NCBI GenBank assembly: GCA_049999805.1
Contig: JBNGIO010006380.1
Span: 490,735-554,734 of the forward strand
Direction: 5' to 3'
DNA length: 64,000 nt
From: Folioceros fuciformis
Taxonomy: Eukaryota
In this document: piece after piece, positions 24,940-36,472 of the stretch
Layout of the letters: every line of letters starts with the position of its first letter
Position numbering within the stretch: the first letter of the stretch is position 1
Position numbers and translations under genes: made by a program
The notes under the pieces: generated by a model
Seen by the model: the letters and a program-made list of their open reading frames with translations, nothing else
Database searches by the model: none
What the model was told of the DNA's origin: nothing

Positions 24940-25946
24940 ATGACCGCGTACTGGCTGGATACACAGCCAGGGCATTCTGTGCATCTTCTGCTGTTTACCG
25001 GTGTGAGGAACAGCGGGTCAGATTCATCCGTTGTTTGATTTACAGCCGGGGTGAAGAATTTTGAACGTTTCGTAGATCCGTCAAGGCTGATCTGATGGTC
25101 TAATGTTCGTGCTCTTGCTCTTGGCAGGGAGCTTCTTGGGCTCATGCAGACAGGAGTCCTGACTCCCGAGTTAGCTTTTCTCAATGCTTCTCTTGTAAGA
25201 AAGAGCCCGCCTCTTGGTCTGTGCCTCAGGCCCTCACCCAAGTTACTTTCCTCATAATATTTTCCTTGTTTTTTTGTGAAGGTTTCGGATACGTTCCCTG
25301 TTCTTGCTGCCGCTCACAAGGCGCTCTTAGCTCAGTCTCGACAGACTCTTGCAACACGGACGTTGCATGCTGAAATCATTTACAATTACGCAGGATCCAA
25401 ACATGTCCGAAGACTTTCAAAATCTGCGTTTTCAGTCCCTACTTTACTCCCAGACGCCCGAAGTTACGAGCTGTTGCAGTGTCTCATGACAGATATCTGA
25501 GTCTTTGCGGAGATGCGGGATCACGGGCAACACGAGCTATGTACTGGTTGCTCGTTTTGATGCTTCCGACGATGAGGTTCTAAATTTTCGAACATCCTCC
25601 CGTGTGTTGTTCCTCGCGACTACCTTAACAGCTCAACGTTTCTTATGAATTTGCTATTTACCCTTTGCAGATAGCTGCAATCCGGAATCTAGTGCAAGGT
25701 ACCGAAGTTAGTCTATCAGAGTTGGCTGAGCGAGCAGACAGGGCACAGATTCTGAAGGTTTGATTGAGCACAAACGCAAAGCTTTCGACCACTCGCTCAT
25801 CTAAACGTGTTGTCAGCGAGTTGTAGCACATTAATCTTCGTGTTTCCCTGATGTCACAGCATTACAAGATATCCTCTCGTGAACTTGAAGTGTCGACTCT
25901 GGAGGATGCTGTGACCTGTCGCATCGCGGCGCGAGATGCGTTGTAG
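24940..25946 (+). CDS. CGI121: EKC/KEOPS complex subunit CGI121/TPRKB; 6 exons
   Basis: Spliced: MTAYWLDTQPGHSVHLLLFTGVRNSG|ELLGLMQ...AFLNASL|VSDTFPVLAAAHKA...TRTLHAEIIYNYAGSKH|ISESLRRCGI...|...|HYKISSRELEVSTLEDAVTCRIAARDAL*. Confidence 0.92.
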
Positions 25947-26420
25947 GTAGTTCTCTTGGAGACGCTCCTCGTGATCAGGCCTAGGGATTGCCTCAGTTGT
26001 TGGCTCCTATCTTTCCTAGGGAGAGCATAAAATATAAAGTTCTTGTGGTACGAGGACACGTCAAAGTCTCACGTGTCTCGTCTCTTTTTGATAACATATG
26101 GACGGCTGTCTTAGAAGTTAAATTCGTTCATGGGCGAAGCCACCTTGGTTTCGGTTGTCCTTAACCTAAACCGATATCGATTGGGGGCCAGTGAGAAGTT
26201 ATTGGAAGGGGGGAACGATCGCCTAGGAAGACGGGCACTTAGAGAAATGTCGCTCCTCAAGATCATCGCCTAGTGGACGAGTGACAGGGAGAGCCGGCAT
26301 GTTGATTCTGCTGGGCAGTTGCGCGCCTCGTAAGGACGGACGTGGTGCTGCAGGACCTGCAGCTTAGGACTGTCAGGAGGTTGATTGAGTTGGGAATTCG
26401 TGACGCAGCCCGGTGTTCCA

Positions 26421-29309
26421 ATGCGTCAATTACCTTACCAAGGAACTCTGTGGGTCACGACGTTTCTTCAACTTTTAGCTCTGTATGAAGTCCGACCGTG
26501 GCTTGATTTGTCGTTTGGATCTGCAGTGGTTCCATTCTGTTGCTTCTGCTTTGGAGCTTCAGCTATCATCTTCTGGTTTTTTCAGCCGGCTGGGAGACGA
26601 AGGCCCTTGACAGTTGCTCAGCGTGGGTTGCTGCTGATAGGAGGAGTCGTTTTGGCAGTCCAGACCATACTGAGGTATGTGGGTCTTAGATATACCGGAT
26701 CTCTGCAAACGATATTAGGGGAGTATGCCGGCGCGGTTGTGGGCAGTCTCTTTGTTCAGCCGCTGGCAAAGCGTGTCGATTGGTCTTGTAAGACCCGCGT
26801 CCTCGTTGTCTCAGGCAGCGTAGGTTACCTGCTGACGCTAGGATGGACAGCAGCGTCATGTTGCCCCTTGCTTCCAGGTTTGGGCTCCAGACCGCGGGTA
26901 TCTGGATCTGGATTTGGGGAAGGAGCTGGTGGTGGAAAGGTTTGTGGCAGCCTGTATCCAGTTGTGGCTGCGGTCTTGTCAGGAATTCTCACAGCTCTGA
27001 GCAGAGCTGTTTCAGCTCAAGCTCCTCTGAAAAGTATTTCTAGAAAACGTCAATTCTTTGTCAGCTATGCAGCTGCGGCTCTCTTCCTGCTGCCTTGGAC
27101 TCTGCTGCTGCCCATTATCGAACAAGAGCCAGTTGTGAGCTTCTCTATGATATGGCCGTTCATGACCACGGTCGCTCTAGGAATGATGCTGGCCTTTTTT
27201 GGCGACTCTTTCTCCGTTGTATCACCCACATCATTGTGGCACTATGTTCTGAGCCTCTGCTGTTTGGTTGTTCTGGAACTCCTCTTCAACATGGACTTCT
27301 CGCCACTGGGTTTTCTGCTTTGCAGTGTCTTGCTGGGTTTGGGGGTGGGAGAAGTGTCGTATGCAGCAAGGGAGTTGGCACATAGTTCCGGTATGGATAA
27401 CAGTCCCTCATTTCTGCCAGTGGCAACTATGGTTGTGGATGCCTTAAGGCATGTCTCATCCGATTTGAAGTCCAGGAAGATTGCTATGTTTCTCTTTATA
27501 AATACGGCCTATATGATGGTTGAGTTCACTTATGGTTTTCTCAGCAATAGTCTGGGACTCATATCAGATGCCTGCCACATGCTGTTTGATTGTGCGGCGC
27601 TCGCTATTGGCCTCTATGCGGCATACATTGCTCGTCTGCCTCCCAGTGCAAAGTTTAGCTATGGTTATGGAAGGTTCGAGGTGCTATCAGGCTATGCAAA
27701 TGCAGTTTTTTTGGTACTTGTGGCTGCGCTGATAGTGCTTGAGTCATTTGAAAGGATTCTGGAACCTCCAGAGATTTCAACGGAAAGCTTGCTCTATGTT
27801 TCTGTAGGTGGTTTATTGGTTAACATCGTTGGACTGATTTTCTTTCACGAGGCTCACCATCATGCCCATGGCGGATCTTGTTCACATTCTCATCCAGGTG
27901 AGCTTAGCGGAAAATCTCATGTTCAGAGTCGGAACTATCATTATGGGAACCATGTGCAGGTCAATCAAGGTAAGTTGGAGCCTATGGTTACCAAGCAACA
28001 CCCACATGAAATGAATGATCATGGACGTTATGACAGCACTCGGGAACACGAGCACCGTCATGAGGGGTCCGGAAATGGCCGCCCTGACCATGGTGTTGTT
28101 GGCCATCACTTGCAAGGTGGGCAAGGCTTGTTGCACAATCACAGTGCTACGTACCATAGGGACAAGGAGCCCAGGCAGCCTTCTTCGCACAAGGAGCAAG
28201 AAGTACATTCCCTAGCGAAAGTGCTGGTCACCAAGCCAGTTTGGGAAGTCCATGAACAATTGCATCGAAGCACCGGTGATTCAGGCACAGGGAAGATGTC
28301 TTCTCAGAATCAGCACCCCGATCATGGATATTGCCCTTCTTTGGACCTGATTGCGAACGGTGATCAACATGCAGGGTGCGAGCATACTGTGGAGCACGAC
28401 CAACAACACGGTTGTTCTTTTGTGCAGACAGGTCGTCATCCTGGGCACCAACAAGGTGATGATCTTGGGAGACAGAGCCATATTGCTACTGCAGGTCAAC
28501 GCTGCAGTGCTGAGGTACACGAGCCCCATGGGCACCATCAAGGTCATCACCACCATGGAAGTGATATTGGCACTCTCAGCCATCATTCTACGGCAGAACA
28601 ATGCAACAGGGTCCAGACAATGTATGATCATGGGCACCACCATGCCCATCATGGCCACCACCATGACCATCATGGCCACCACCATGATCATCTTGGCCAC
28701 GACCATGATGATCAATGCCTCCATCATGATCAGCATGGTGATCAGCATGATAATCATGGATGCCACCATGATGATCATGAACGCCATCATGGTTGTGACC
28801 ACCACAAGGACGAAGATTACAGGCTCAAAGGGGAACATGGTCACCACCACGATCACCACCAGCACTCTGATTTGAATATGGAGGGCATTTTTTTACATGT
28901 CTTAGCTGACACGTTAGGAAGTCTCGGTGTGGTTGTATCAACTATATTGTTGAAGTACAAGGGTTGGGTGCTAGCCGATGCAGCATGCTCAATTTTCATC
29001 TCAGTGATGATAGTATGCACCGTAGTTCCTCTGCTTAGAAGCTCCTCAGACATTCTAGTTTTAAGGGTACCTAGTTCTGCGGAGCATCGCATTAGGACTG
29101 CAATGGAGAAGTTAAGGCACATCCCTGGCTTGCACGACTGTCAGCGGCTGCATGTTTGGAGCCTGACAGATAAGGAGCTTGTAGGCAGTCTCCATGCTCG
29201 TGCTGGATTCGGAGCAGACAAGCATGAGCTGCGAGTTCAAGTATCCCAGGTACTGCATGATTGTGGAATTGGAGATATTACATGTCAAATCGAAGAGGTG
29301 GCTGGATAG
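26421..29309 (+). CDS. MTP12: Cation diffusion facilitator zinc transporter, MTP12/ZnT5-like, single exon with a very long His-rich loop
   Basis: N-terminal multi-TM extension, then CDF signatures SNSLGLISDACHMLFD, YGYGRFEVLSGY and NMEGIFLHVLADTLGS. First ATG at 26421. Confidence 0.92.
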   Translation: MRQLPYQGTLWVTTFLQLLALYEVRPWLDLSFGSAVVPFCCFCFGASAIIFWFFQPAGRRRPLTVAQRGLLLIGGVVLAVQTILRYVGLRYTGSLQTILGEYAGAVVGSLFVQPLAKRVDWSCKTRVLVVSGSVGYLLTLGWTAASCCPLLPGLGSRPRVSGSGFGEGAGGGKVCGSLYPVVAAVLSGILTALSRAVSAQAPLKSISRKRQFFVSYAAAALFLLPWTLLLPIIEQEPVVSFSMIWPFMTTVALGMMLAFFGDSFSVVSPTSLWHYVLSLCCLVVLELLFNMDFSPLGFLLCSVLLGLGVGEVSYAARELAHSSGMDNSPSFLPVATMVVDALRHVSSDLKSRKIAMFLFINTAYMMVEFTYGFLSNSLGLISDACHMLFDCAALAIGLYAAYIARLPPSAKFSYGYGRFEVLSGYANAVFLVLVAALIVLESFERILEPPEISTESLLYVSVGGLLVNIVGLIFFHEAHHHAHGGSCSHSHPGELSGKSHVQSRNYHYGNHVQVNQGKLEPMVTKQHPHEMNDHGRYDSTREHEHRHEGSGNGRPDHGVVGHHLQGGQGLLHNHSATYHRDKEPRQPSSHKEQEVHSLAKVLVTKPVWEVHEQLHRSTGDSGTGKMSSQNQHPDHGYCPSLDLIANGDQHAGCEHTVEHDQQHGCSFVQTGRHPGHQQGDDLGRQSHIATAGQRCSAEVHEPHGHHQGHHHHGSDIGTLSHHSTAEQCNRVQTMYDHGHHHAHHGHHHDHHGHHHDHLGHDHDDQCLHHDQHGDQHDNHGCHHDDHERHHGCDHHKDEDYRLKGEHGHHHDHHQHSDLNMEGIFLHVLADTLGSLGVVVSTILLKYKGWVLADAACSIFISVMIVCTVVPLLRSSSDILVLRVPSSAEHRIRTAMEKLRHIPGLHDCQRLHVWSLTDKELVGSLHARAGFGADKHELRVQVSQVLHDCGIGDITCQIEEVAG

Positions 29310-30564
29310 GGGTATACATGGATTTGGGCTTTGACACAGCGTTTTGAGCGATTCTCTGAAGTTGTCATGTCCTGGTAAGTTTTGACTTCCACTGTCAGAC
29401 TTGTTGTGACTTTTGGTACTAGTTCATGTTTGTGGAACCCCACGATACTCCTTCCAGGTCACACAAATCACGTTTTTGAATCCAGCATTTTTGTGTTCAG
29501 CTTTGTTGTGTTTGAATTCAGCTGGACGACATGTATAATTGTGTGTTCCTCGTACCACGTCTCCCTGAGTTGATCAAGTTCAGATGAGATGTATTGATTG
29601 ATACTAGAGTGCCTTGTTGTATGGTTGTGTAGTGGTCAAGTAACACGAAATGGTGTTCAAGTGATCAATTGTGGTGCGACAATTTCACGTTGGCAGGCAT
29701 GTGAATGTCATTGCCGGTCACGTCCGAAACCAAATTAGAAGTATCCAAAGCTTGCTGTTTTTCAGCATTGCTGTCCATTTGTTCCAAATACTAGGTCCCG
29801 ATGTTTTATTTAACCTCTGTTGGTACCTTAACTTCCAACTTGTCTGCACCTTGGATCATCGCCTTTTTGCCACATGCTGCCATTGTAGACTTCTTCTTAT
29901 CGAAGTAATAGAAAGCAACAGGTGAAAATAGCAATGGTGCGCTCATGTTTCACCTTGACAAATGAAAGGTTTTGCTGCAAATGGAAGAGTGAAGGAGTCG
30001 AAGACGTCTTTGATCAATGGAATTAGAAGTAGCTACATGTACAATGGATGGGTCTAGCGATCGTACCGTATAATCTGTAAGGATAGTACAAGATCAGGAA
30101 CCAAGCCTACCCTCTAGGATAGGCCCAAGAGCTTGCATAGAATCCCAAATTTGAGAGGTGAGGATCACTAGCTCTTTCATTACAACCCCGTATGTGAGCA
30201 TGCTAGAGTTGAGGGCTACGTGAAGGCTTAGTCTTGGTGATTGATTTATTAGGACTTCTATTTATTTATTATACCTATTAGTAAAAAAATGTATTATATA
30301 TGCTAAAAGAATAAAAACAGAAGATATCATTTAAAGAGTCTTATTTTGCCACGGGACCCAAACCTCGTGGGCCAACTCTTAAACCGGACTCTGGCCAGCG
30401 TAGTTACTCTAATTTCCTCGGGTGTCTGAGAAAAGTTAATGTTGCCCGCATCCGAAAGACGCCTTTTGAACGAGTTAAGAGTTCCCCGAGCAAGAACTTT
30501 GTTGCCCGAGGGGTGTTCAGAGTTTGTATATGGCAACGACGGTGTATGCACAGCACAAAGGAGA

Positions 30565-31178
30565 ATGGTAGTAATAGGAGCTTCAGGTGGTGCTTGTAGT
30601 GTCAGGAGTGTCGTGTCTAACAGCAAGGTGCTACTTACTTCACGACTGTTCAGCATCAAGGCGGGGGCTGTGGTCGGGGCACCTCAGGCTCCGTCCACGT
30701 CTGGCCAGAAGGAGTCGGTGAGGCAGAGGCGGATTGGTGCGCACGTGCAGGCGGTTGTTTGTCGGATCCTGCAGGAGAGGCCAGAGGGCAACAAGCTCGT
30801 GCAGCGATGCGGTCTCCAAATCGAAAGCGTTAGTAGCGCCAGACCCTGCGCTTCTGTTTAGGTCCTGTGCCCTAGTCCCTTCAACCTGACGTGTGAAACG
30901 CATTGCAGGTGAAGATGAGTCCAGACCTTAGGAGAGCTTATGTGCTCTGGAAGTCGAAACCTGGCATGCAGGTGGCAGCTGAGACGAAGCTGAAGTCCAT
31001 GGGGAAGGGCTTGCGGGCCCTTGTTTTCCGTGAGCTGTGTCTTCCGTTTTCCCCTTCCATCCTGTTTGTGGAAGATGTTCCCAACCGACGGGCGCAGGAG
31101 GTTGAGGCTGTTCTGGACAAGCTGAAGGAAAGTGAGGGCTCGGAAGTGCACGATGACAACTCTGAGCCTGCGAAGTGA
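30565..31178 (+). CDS. Ribosome-binding factor A (RbfA) family protein with N-terminal organellar presequence; 2 exons (30565-30828, 30909-31178); alternative ATG at 30439
   Basis: SVRQRRIGAHVQ...GLQIES|VKMSPDLRRAYVLW...LRALVFRELCLPFSPSILFVED matches the RbfA pattern (V.MSPDL..A.V; P.L.F..D). Confidence 0.8.
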
Positions 31179-31618
31179 GAGACTATGTGATGGCACAAAT
31201 TCCATGCTGACCACGATCCTTGAAGAGTGCAAGAATGTTGGGAGGCTTGGGCTTGACTTTTGAAAGTTTTTTGGTCCATCTCGTTCTATCATGGGACACG
31301 CGTTTCTTCAAGGTTTGCAGATGGCAGAACACCCGCTGCAACCGGAGCTTGGAGTTGGAGGGCTGGGATGAGATGGGCAAGACGACGACTTGTTCCAAGC
31401 TTTGAAGTGTGTCTGTGACGGAACCAGAATAACGTTCCAAAGCAAATCTTCAAAGGAACATTTATGATGGATGCTGACACAGGGAAAGAGAGAAGAAGAA
31501 ACATGTCAAGGGTATACAGAACTGCTGAAATACAGTGCGACATAGGTGTACTGCACAGGTCAACCTTCGTGAAGGATGGACAGCATATATGTGATAGCGA
31601 AATAAATTTTCATGCCTA

Positions 31619-31760
31619 TGCGGGTGCACAGAGGTTTTACATTTTCGACAAGCAACTTATCCACGTGTACCATGTTCATCACGCAAGACTCTATCACGCG
31701 CTGACGGGTGCAGAGAGGGCTTACACTTTGGGCAAGCAATTTATCCACGTATGCCATCTC
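31619..31760. repeat. Diverged 84-bp direct duplication
   Basis: CGGGTGCA..GAGG..TTACA.TTT....AAGCAA.TTATCCACGT..CCAT at 31621 and 31705. Confidence 0.75.
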
Positions 31761-31949
31761 AACTACACAAGCTTAAAGCTGATAGGGGAACATCTCGGTC
31801 TCTTTTTCATTAAGTCTCCATTCTCCGTTTCTCCTGTCAGCTGTAATGATGGTTCCTCTTCTCCTGCCGTTCTTGCATGTACAGAAAGCTGTGCTGGACA
31901 GACACGATGCGGCATATATTCTGCATTTGTGCGATCTGCTCGATGGTAC

Positions 31950-32760
31950 ACAGTTCGCATCATGTCCATAAGACCCTTTCCGAAGCTCCCTCATCCGTAG
32001 GTCCACTTTCTTCAAATTGGCAATAAAGCTGTGTGCCCTCATTTACTGCTCCAAGTTCGTTCGGCACACGCTTTGAGGACCGAAACATATGCCACAGCAT
32101 CAGCGTCTGCTACAGCGACACCCTGCATGCAGTGTCAGAGCTTCACCACAAAAGCACCCATGCTCAACGTGTCCAGCATTCAGGCGAGTCCATGCCACAG
32201 CAGATCTCTTGGACCACCATCAAATGCTGCTTTCGAAGCCATCTTCTAAACTCCCACATTTCACAAACATGTCCCGGAGACAGCTACCAGCAACCATGTC
32301 CACATCAATACCAACCTCGTCCATGTCAAGACCTCTGGCCACAATCCGACCGACGTGTAGCTCAGGACGCTTCGTGTTCCCCGTACAGGAGGCAGGTACC
32401 CCAGTAGGTAGGCACAGGAAGTAAGACCCCAGAACCCAGCCAACTGGGGCACCTACTTCCTGGACGGCGAGCATGATGCGTTGAAAGAGGCGATGAGATA
32501 GAGCTCCTCTCCTCTTGCGTGCAACCTCTCTAACTAGGGAGCGATGAAAAGCACCAGGATAGCGGAACATTCTTGGGCGGCAGCAATTCTCGCCACTCGC
32601 CAAAGCTCCTGATCCAGAAAAAACAGCCGAAAGAGGACTCCGAGTTCGTGGCAAGTCTGCCATCGAGACTTAGCAGAACAGTCTCAAGTCTGTCCAGGGA
32701 AGGTGTGCCTACAACAGTTGTTCACCCCTCCATTTCTCCTGATCGGATGCACAAAGCGGA
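31950..32760 (-). pseudogene. PLS-class PPR pseudogene
   Basis: ELHVGRIVARGL...GIDVDMVAGSCLRDMFVKCGSLEDG, KRSAVAWTRLNAGHVEHG...GEAL and DAVAYVSVLKACA are clear L-S-P motif remnants broken by frameshifts and stops. Confidence 0.75.
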
Positions 32761-33577
32761 CTCCCACTGTCTCCTCGTATCCGCTTCTGAGTGAAGCGCA
32801 AATCGCCAGATCCTAAAAGGCTGCTGCCTGTGATTCCAACTGTGGCAGCTGGGGAGCTCAGACGCCACACGACACAGTCTCGCACCCTACAGCTGTGCAC
32901 TTCAAATCGGAGAAAACGTGCTGATCTGAAATTCCAGCTAGCTATGTACTGGTCTTGCGGAACCTATACGTCATGTAACAAAAGAATCCCTATAAATAAT
33001 TAAAGAATCACTTTACATAAACAAAACGCCCAAAAGCAGGGCACGTTGATGAGTCTTGAGTGGTCGAACGCGCACTACGGAAGGGCCTTTGCAACGCCTC
33101 GTCGACGAAGGATCGTGAAATGTAAGAATCCTCTTTGCTTTAGGAGGCTGTAAACGATGCAAGAATCCTAATGACAAGGCCTTCGCCACCAAAGCACTGC
33201 AAGAATTGTGGTGATGGTGAAAGTGTACGAAGGAGACACCAGCAGCGAGCAGCCAGAGTGTTGCGACCAGTAGAACATGGCCAATTCCCACTACGGAAAT
33301 GAAGCAAAGAGGGTCCGCAATTCTGGTGAGGCGCCCTTTGAGTGATACACATTCTAGCAGCTGATGGCGGTGTGGGCCACAACGGCGCAGTTAGGCCTCG
33401 TCTCACTGGTCCAAGTTACCGTTCCTGATGGCTCCGTTTAGACTACGCAATCAGAGTAGTTCGAAGACTTGAATCGCGGGCGATGGAACGCTTTTAGCAC
33501 TTCACAAACGTCACAGCTCTGGGCATTGGATGCGTAGTGACGCAAGCTTAAATCCTGGGTGCCGCTGTGCTGCTTGA

Positions 33578-35276
33578 ATGGGCATCCTGGAGTTGCCGAG
33601 GATGGTGAAATCTCCAGAGACCACATGGCTCTGGCTGGCAGCCTGCATAATCTTGCTGGTCTCAGGATGGTGGCTGAGGCCTTTGCCTGCCAGAATCATC
33701 GGCAGCGAGGGCTCCTCCTCTGCGAGTCTGGTTGAATCGGGCCAGGGGAGGGAGCAGCCTGAGAGAATGAATAACGGTGATCATGAGCATGATTGTGATG
33801 GCAAGAGGATTTTCATGCACGACCTGCCTGCTGCATTCAACGAGCTTCTGCTACCGATTTGTACGACCGCCCAGGCGCTTCAGTCGGAGGAGTGCAGGAA
33901 TCTGATGAACCATGGATTCGGGCCTGAAGTCCAGTTCAAGGCGGCGGGGGATCCTCTGAGGGATCTGATCGTTCCGTCGGGAGCCTGGTTTCAGACGGAT
34001 CAATTCAGTCTGGAACTTATCTTCCGATTCAGGCTCACGCAGTACCGATGCTTAGTGGAGGATCCGGAGCTGGCAGACTTGTTTTTTGTGCCTTACTATC
34101 CCGGAAAGGATATCGTGAGGTACATCTTCACTCCCAAAGTGCACATGCGGGATCGCGTTGTGCAGCGGCTGGTTGGCTGGTTGGAGGCCAACCCGTTCTG
34201 GAGGCGGCGGCAGGTGTGGTGGAACGTCCTTTTTGTCTGCTCCTTTGCTCCTGTACATGGTTGTTTTGCTTGAATTGGGGGGCAGCAGTTCAATGTCGTG
34301 TTTCTTTAGGGCCGAGACCACTTTCTGCTGCTCGGCAGAATCGTGTGGGACTTCACGAGGCAAGAGGAATCTGAAGATGGATGGGGCAGCAGCATGCTCA
34401 ATATTCCCGAGTTGAGGAATGCTACTAAGCTGCTGCTGGAGAAAGATGTGTGGAGGGAAGATCAGGTACCGGCATCGATGGCATGCTTGTTTTTCTAGCT
34501 AGACTGCCCGGATTTCTGTGATCTGCTTCCTGTACCAACGGGGCCTATATATCTTGTAGGTGGCTATTCCTTATCCAACAGCCTTCCATCCGAGGTCGAT
34601 GAAAGATGTCTGGCAGTGGCAAGCTGTGGTTGAAAACTCGTCCCGGCCTTACGGAGTGTCTTTTGTGGGCGGCTCCAGAGGGTCCGACACAGAACCGATT
34701 CATATCCGGACCGCGGTGCTGAAGCAGTGCGAGGAATCTGTGAACTGTACAGTGTTCTTGTGTCGTAGGGACGTGGATTGTGGGCCACAATCGCACCACG
34801 AATTGATAGGACAAATCTACCTCAAGTCTGTTTTCTGCTTGCAACCGCCGGGAGACTCACCGACCCGGAAGGCCATCTTTGACTCTTTGATCGCAGGATG
34901 CATACCCGTGTTTGTTAACCCCCAGTCCGCGTACACACAGTACACCTGGCACCTGCCTGACGGGGATGAATACTCCGTCCTTTACTCTGAGGGGGACATC
35001 CTGGGGCCACCAGGTTTCAATGTATTACAGGCCCTGGCAGCCATACCTGAGGAGAAGGTCAAGAGAATGCGAAACAACATCTTGCATCTGCTGCCTCAGC
35101 TGGTGTATGCCAGTGGAACGTTAAGGGAAGGAGCAGCTGGAGTACAACGTCCGACCACGACCATGACCACAGGAGAGAGTAAAGAGGGGCCGAGTGGCAC
35201 ATCTGTAGACTTCAAAGATGCCTTTGATCTCATTCTTGAAAGACTATTGCAAAGGGTACGGACACAAGATTCCTAG
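33578..35276 (+). CDS. Exostosin-family glycosyltransferase (GT47A, MUR3/KATAMARI1/XLT2-like); 3 exons (33578-34213, 34310-34465, 34560-35276)
   Basis: Type II membrane anchor; CDGKRIFMHDLP, WFQTDQFSLELIF, FFVPYY, GRDHFLLLGRIVWDF, AIPYPTAFHP, SVFCLQPPGDSPTRKAIFDSLIAGCIPVF. Confidence 0.92.
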
Positions 35277-35694
35277 CTGGGTACTGCGGATAGGAATGGC
35301 ACTTTTGCACCGTGAAGACAACGCAGCCAGCTAACATGCTGCAGAAGCAGAGGAAAGTGGAGGTGCAGCTACCCATCATCAAAAAAATCCGTACCAAGAA
35401 GAGCACAGGTGTGGACTCCGCGCTGAAGCTAAATTTATGTGTAGTAGCAAAATTGCAGAGAAATTTGGAATCTTCCCAGACTTCTCAAAAAACTGAGGTA
35501 GACAGACCAAGCGAGGACGATGCCCACCCTGCTTGCAAGACAACTATCATTCTTGGATCAAACAGGGTGGCAACAAGGTGGAGACGTCTGCAAGCAGGTG
35601 CAGCAGTAGAGTCACGACTTAGAAGTAGGTAGAACTCTGCAAAGCAGAATGGAACATCTCAACAGGGAAGGACTGATAGCAACTCTTGTCGCTG

Positions 35695-36472
35695 TCACAG
35701 CGTAGAACCGAAATCGCGGAGTAAAGCCGCCATTTCGATAGCAGTGACGGCGGCTTCAGCTCCTTTGTTTCCTGCCTTTCCCCCAGCTCTGTCAATGGCC
35801 TGCTCCATATTGTCACAGGTGAGGACGCCGAAAATACATGGAACCCCCGTGCTCAGGCCTGCAGTCATGATCCCAGAGGCTGTAGAATTAGCAACTGCGT
35901 CGTAATGCGACGTGGCTCCCCTGATCACAGCTCCAATACACAGGACAGCCTGGTACTTCCCAGACCCGGCCAGAGCCTGAGCCACAACGGGGATCTCGAA
36001 GCTTCCTGGCACCCACACCACCACCACATCCTCCTCGCTAACCCCGTACTTGGCGAAAGTCTCCAGCGCCCCTGCCAGCAGCGGCTTGGTGATGATCTCG
36101 TTGAAACGCGCTGCAACGATGGCAAATCGGAGCCCGGCTCCGCGCAAGATGGATCCGGTGACTTCTGTCACCACCGTGGCTTGCAAGCTCCAGTCGGCCC
36201 TTTCTCCGTTCCGCCCAAGACTCACACGCTGCCAGGACGCTCATTGCATCAAGCTCGCAACAAGCATCGAAATGCAACACGGGTGAAACCGGTTTGTCCC
36301 CAAACACTACCTTCGGTTTGGAGCTGGCCGAAGGCACGTTGGCAGCACGCACTGAAGAAATCCGACCCACATTGCCAGGGCTGCGCAGCGTCTGTGGCTG
36401 GGGCTGGCTTTGCCTCTTCAGCAAACGACATGAAGAGAGGAAGGGGGAAGCGAGTCTGGACACAGCCGCCAT
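35695..36472 (-). CDS. ribH: 6,7-dimethyl-8-ribityllumazine synthase, plastid (RibH/COS1); 2 exons (36472-36311, 36228-35695)
   Basis: Ser/Arg-rich transit peptide; [58 protein letters not shown]. 82-nt GT-AG intron. Confidence 0.96.

Noticed and set aside
24879..25064. ORF MALAWSS... as the CGI121 first exon
   Set aside because: The frame starting at 24940 gives the expected motif (LLLFTGVRNS) and splices in phase to the next exon.
28281..28875. Met/Ile/Val-rich ORFs (28281-28865 minus; 28351-28875 plus) as separate genes
   Set aside because: They are shadow frames of the CAT/CAC/GAT codon repeats in the His-rich loop.
33013..33291. Inverted N-terminal relic of a GT47 paralogue (hydrophobic helix plus KRILTFHD, similar to KRIFMHD)
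   Set aside because: Similarity is too short to distinguish from chance without alignment.
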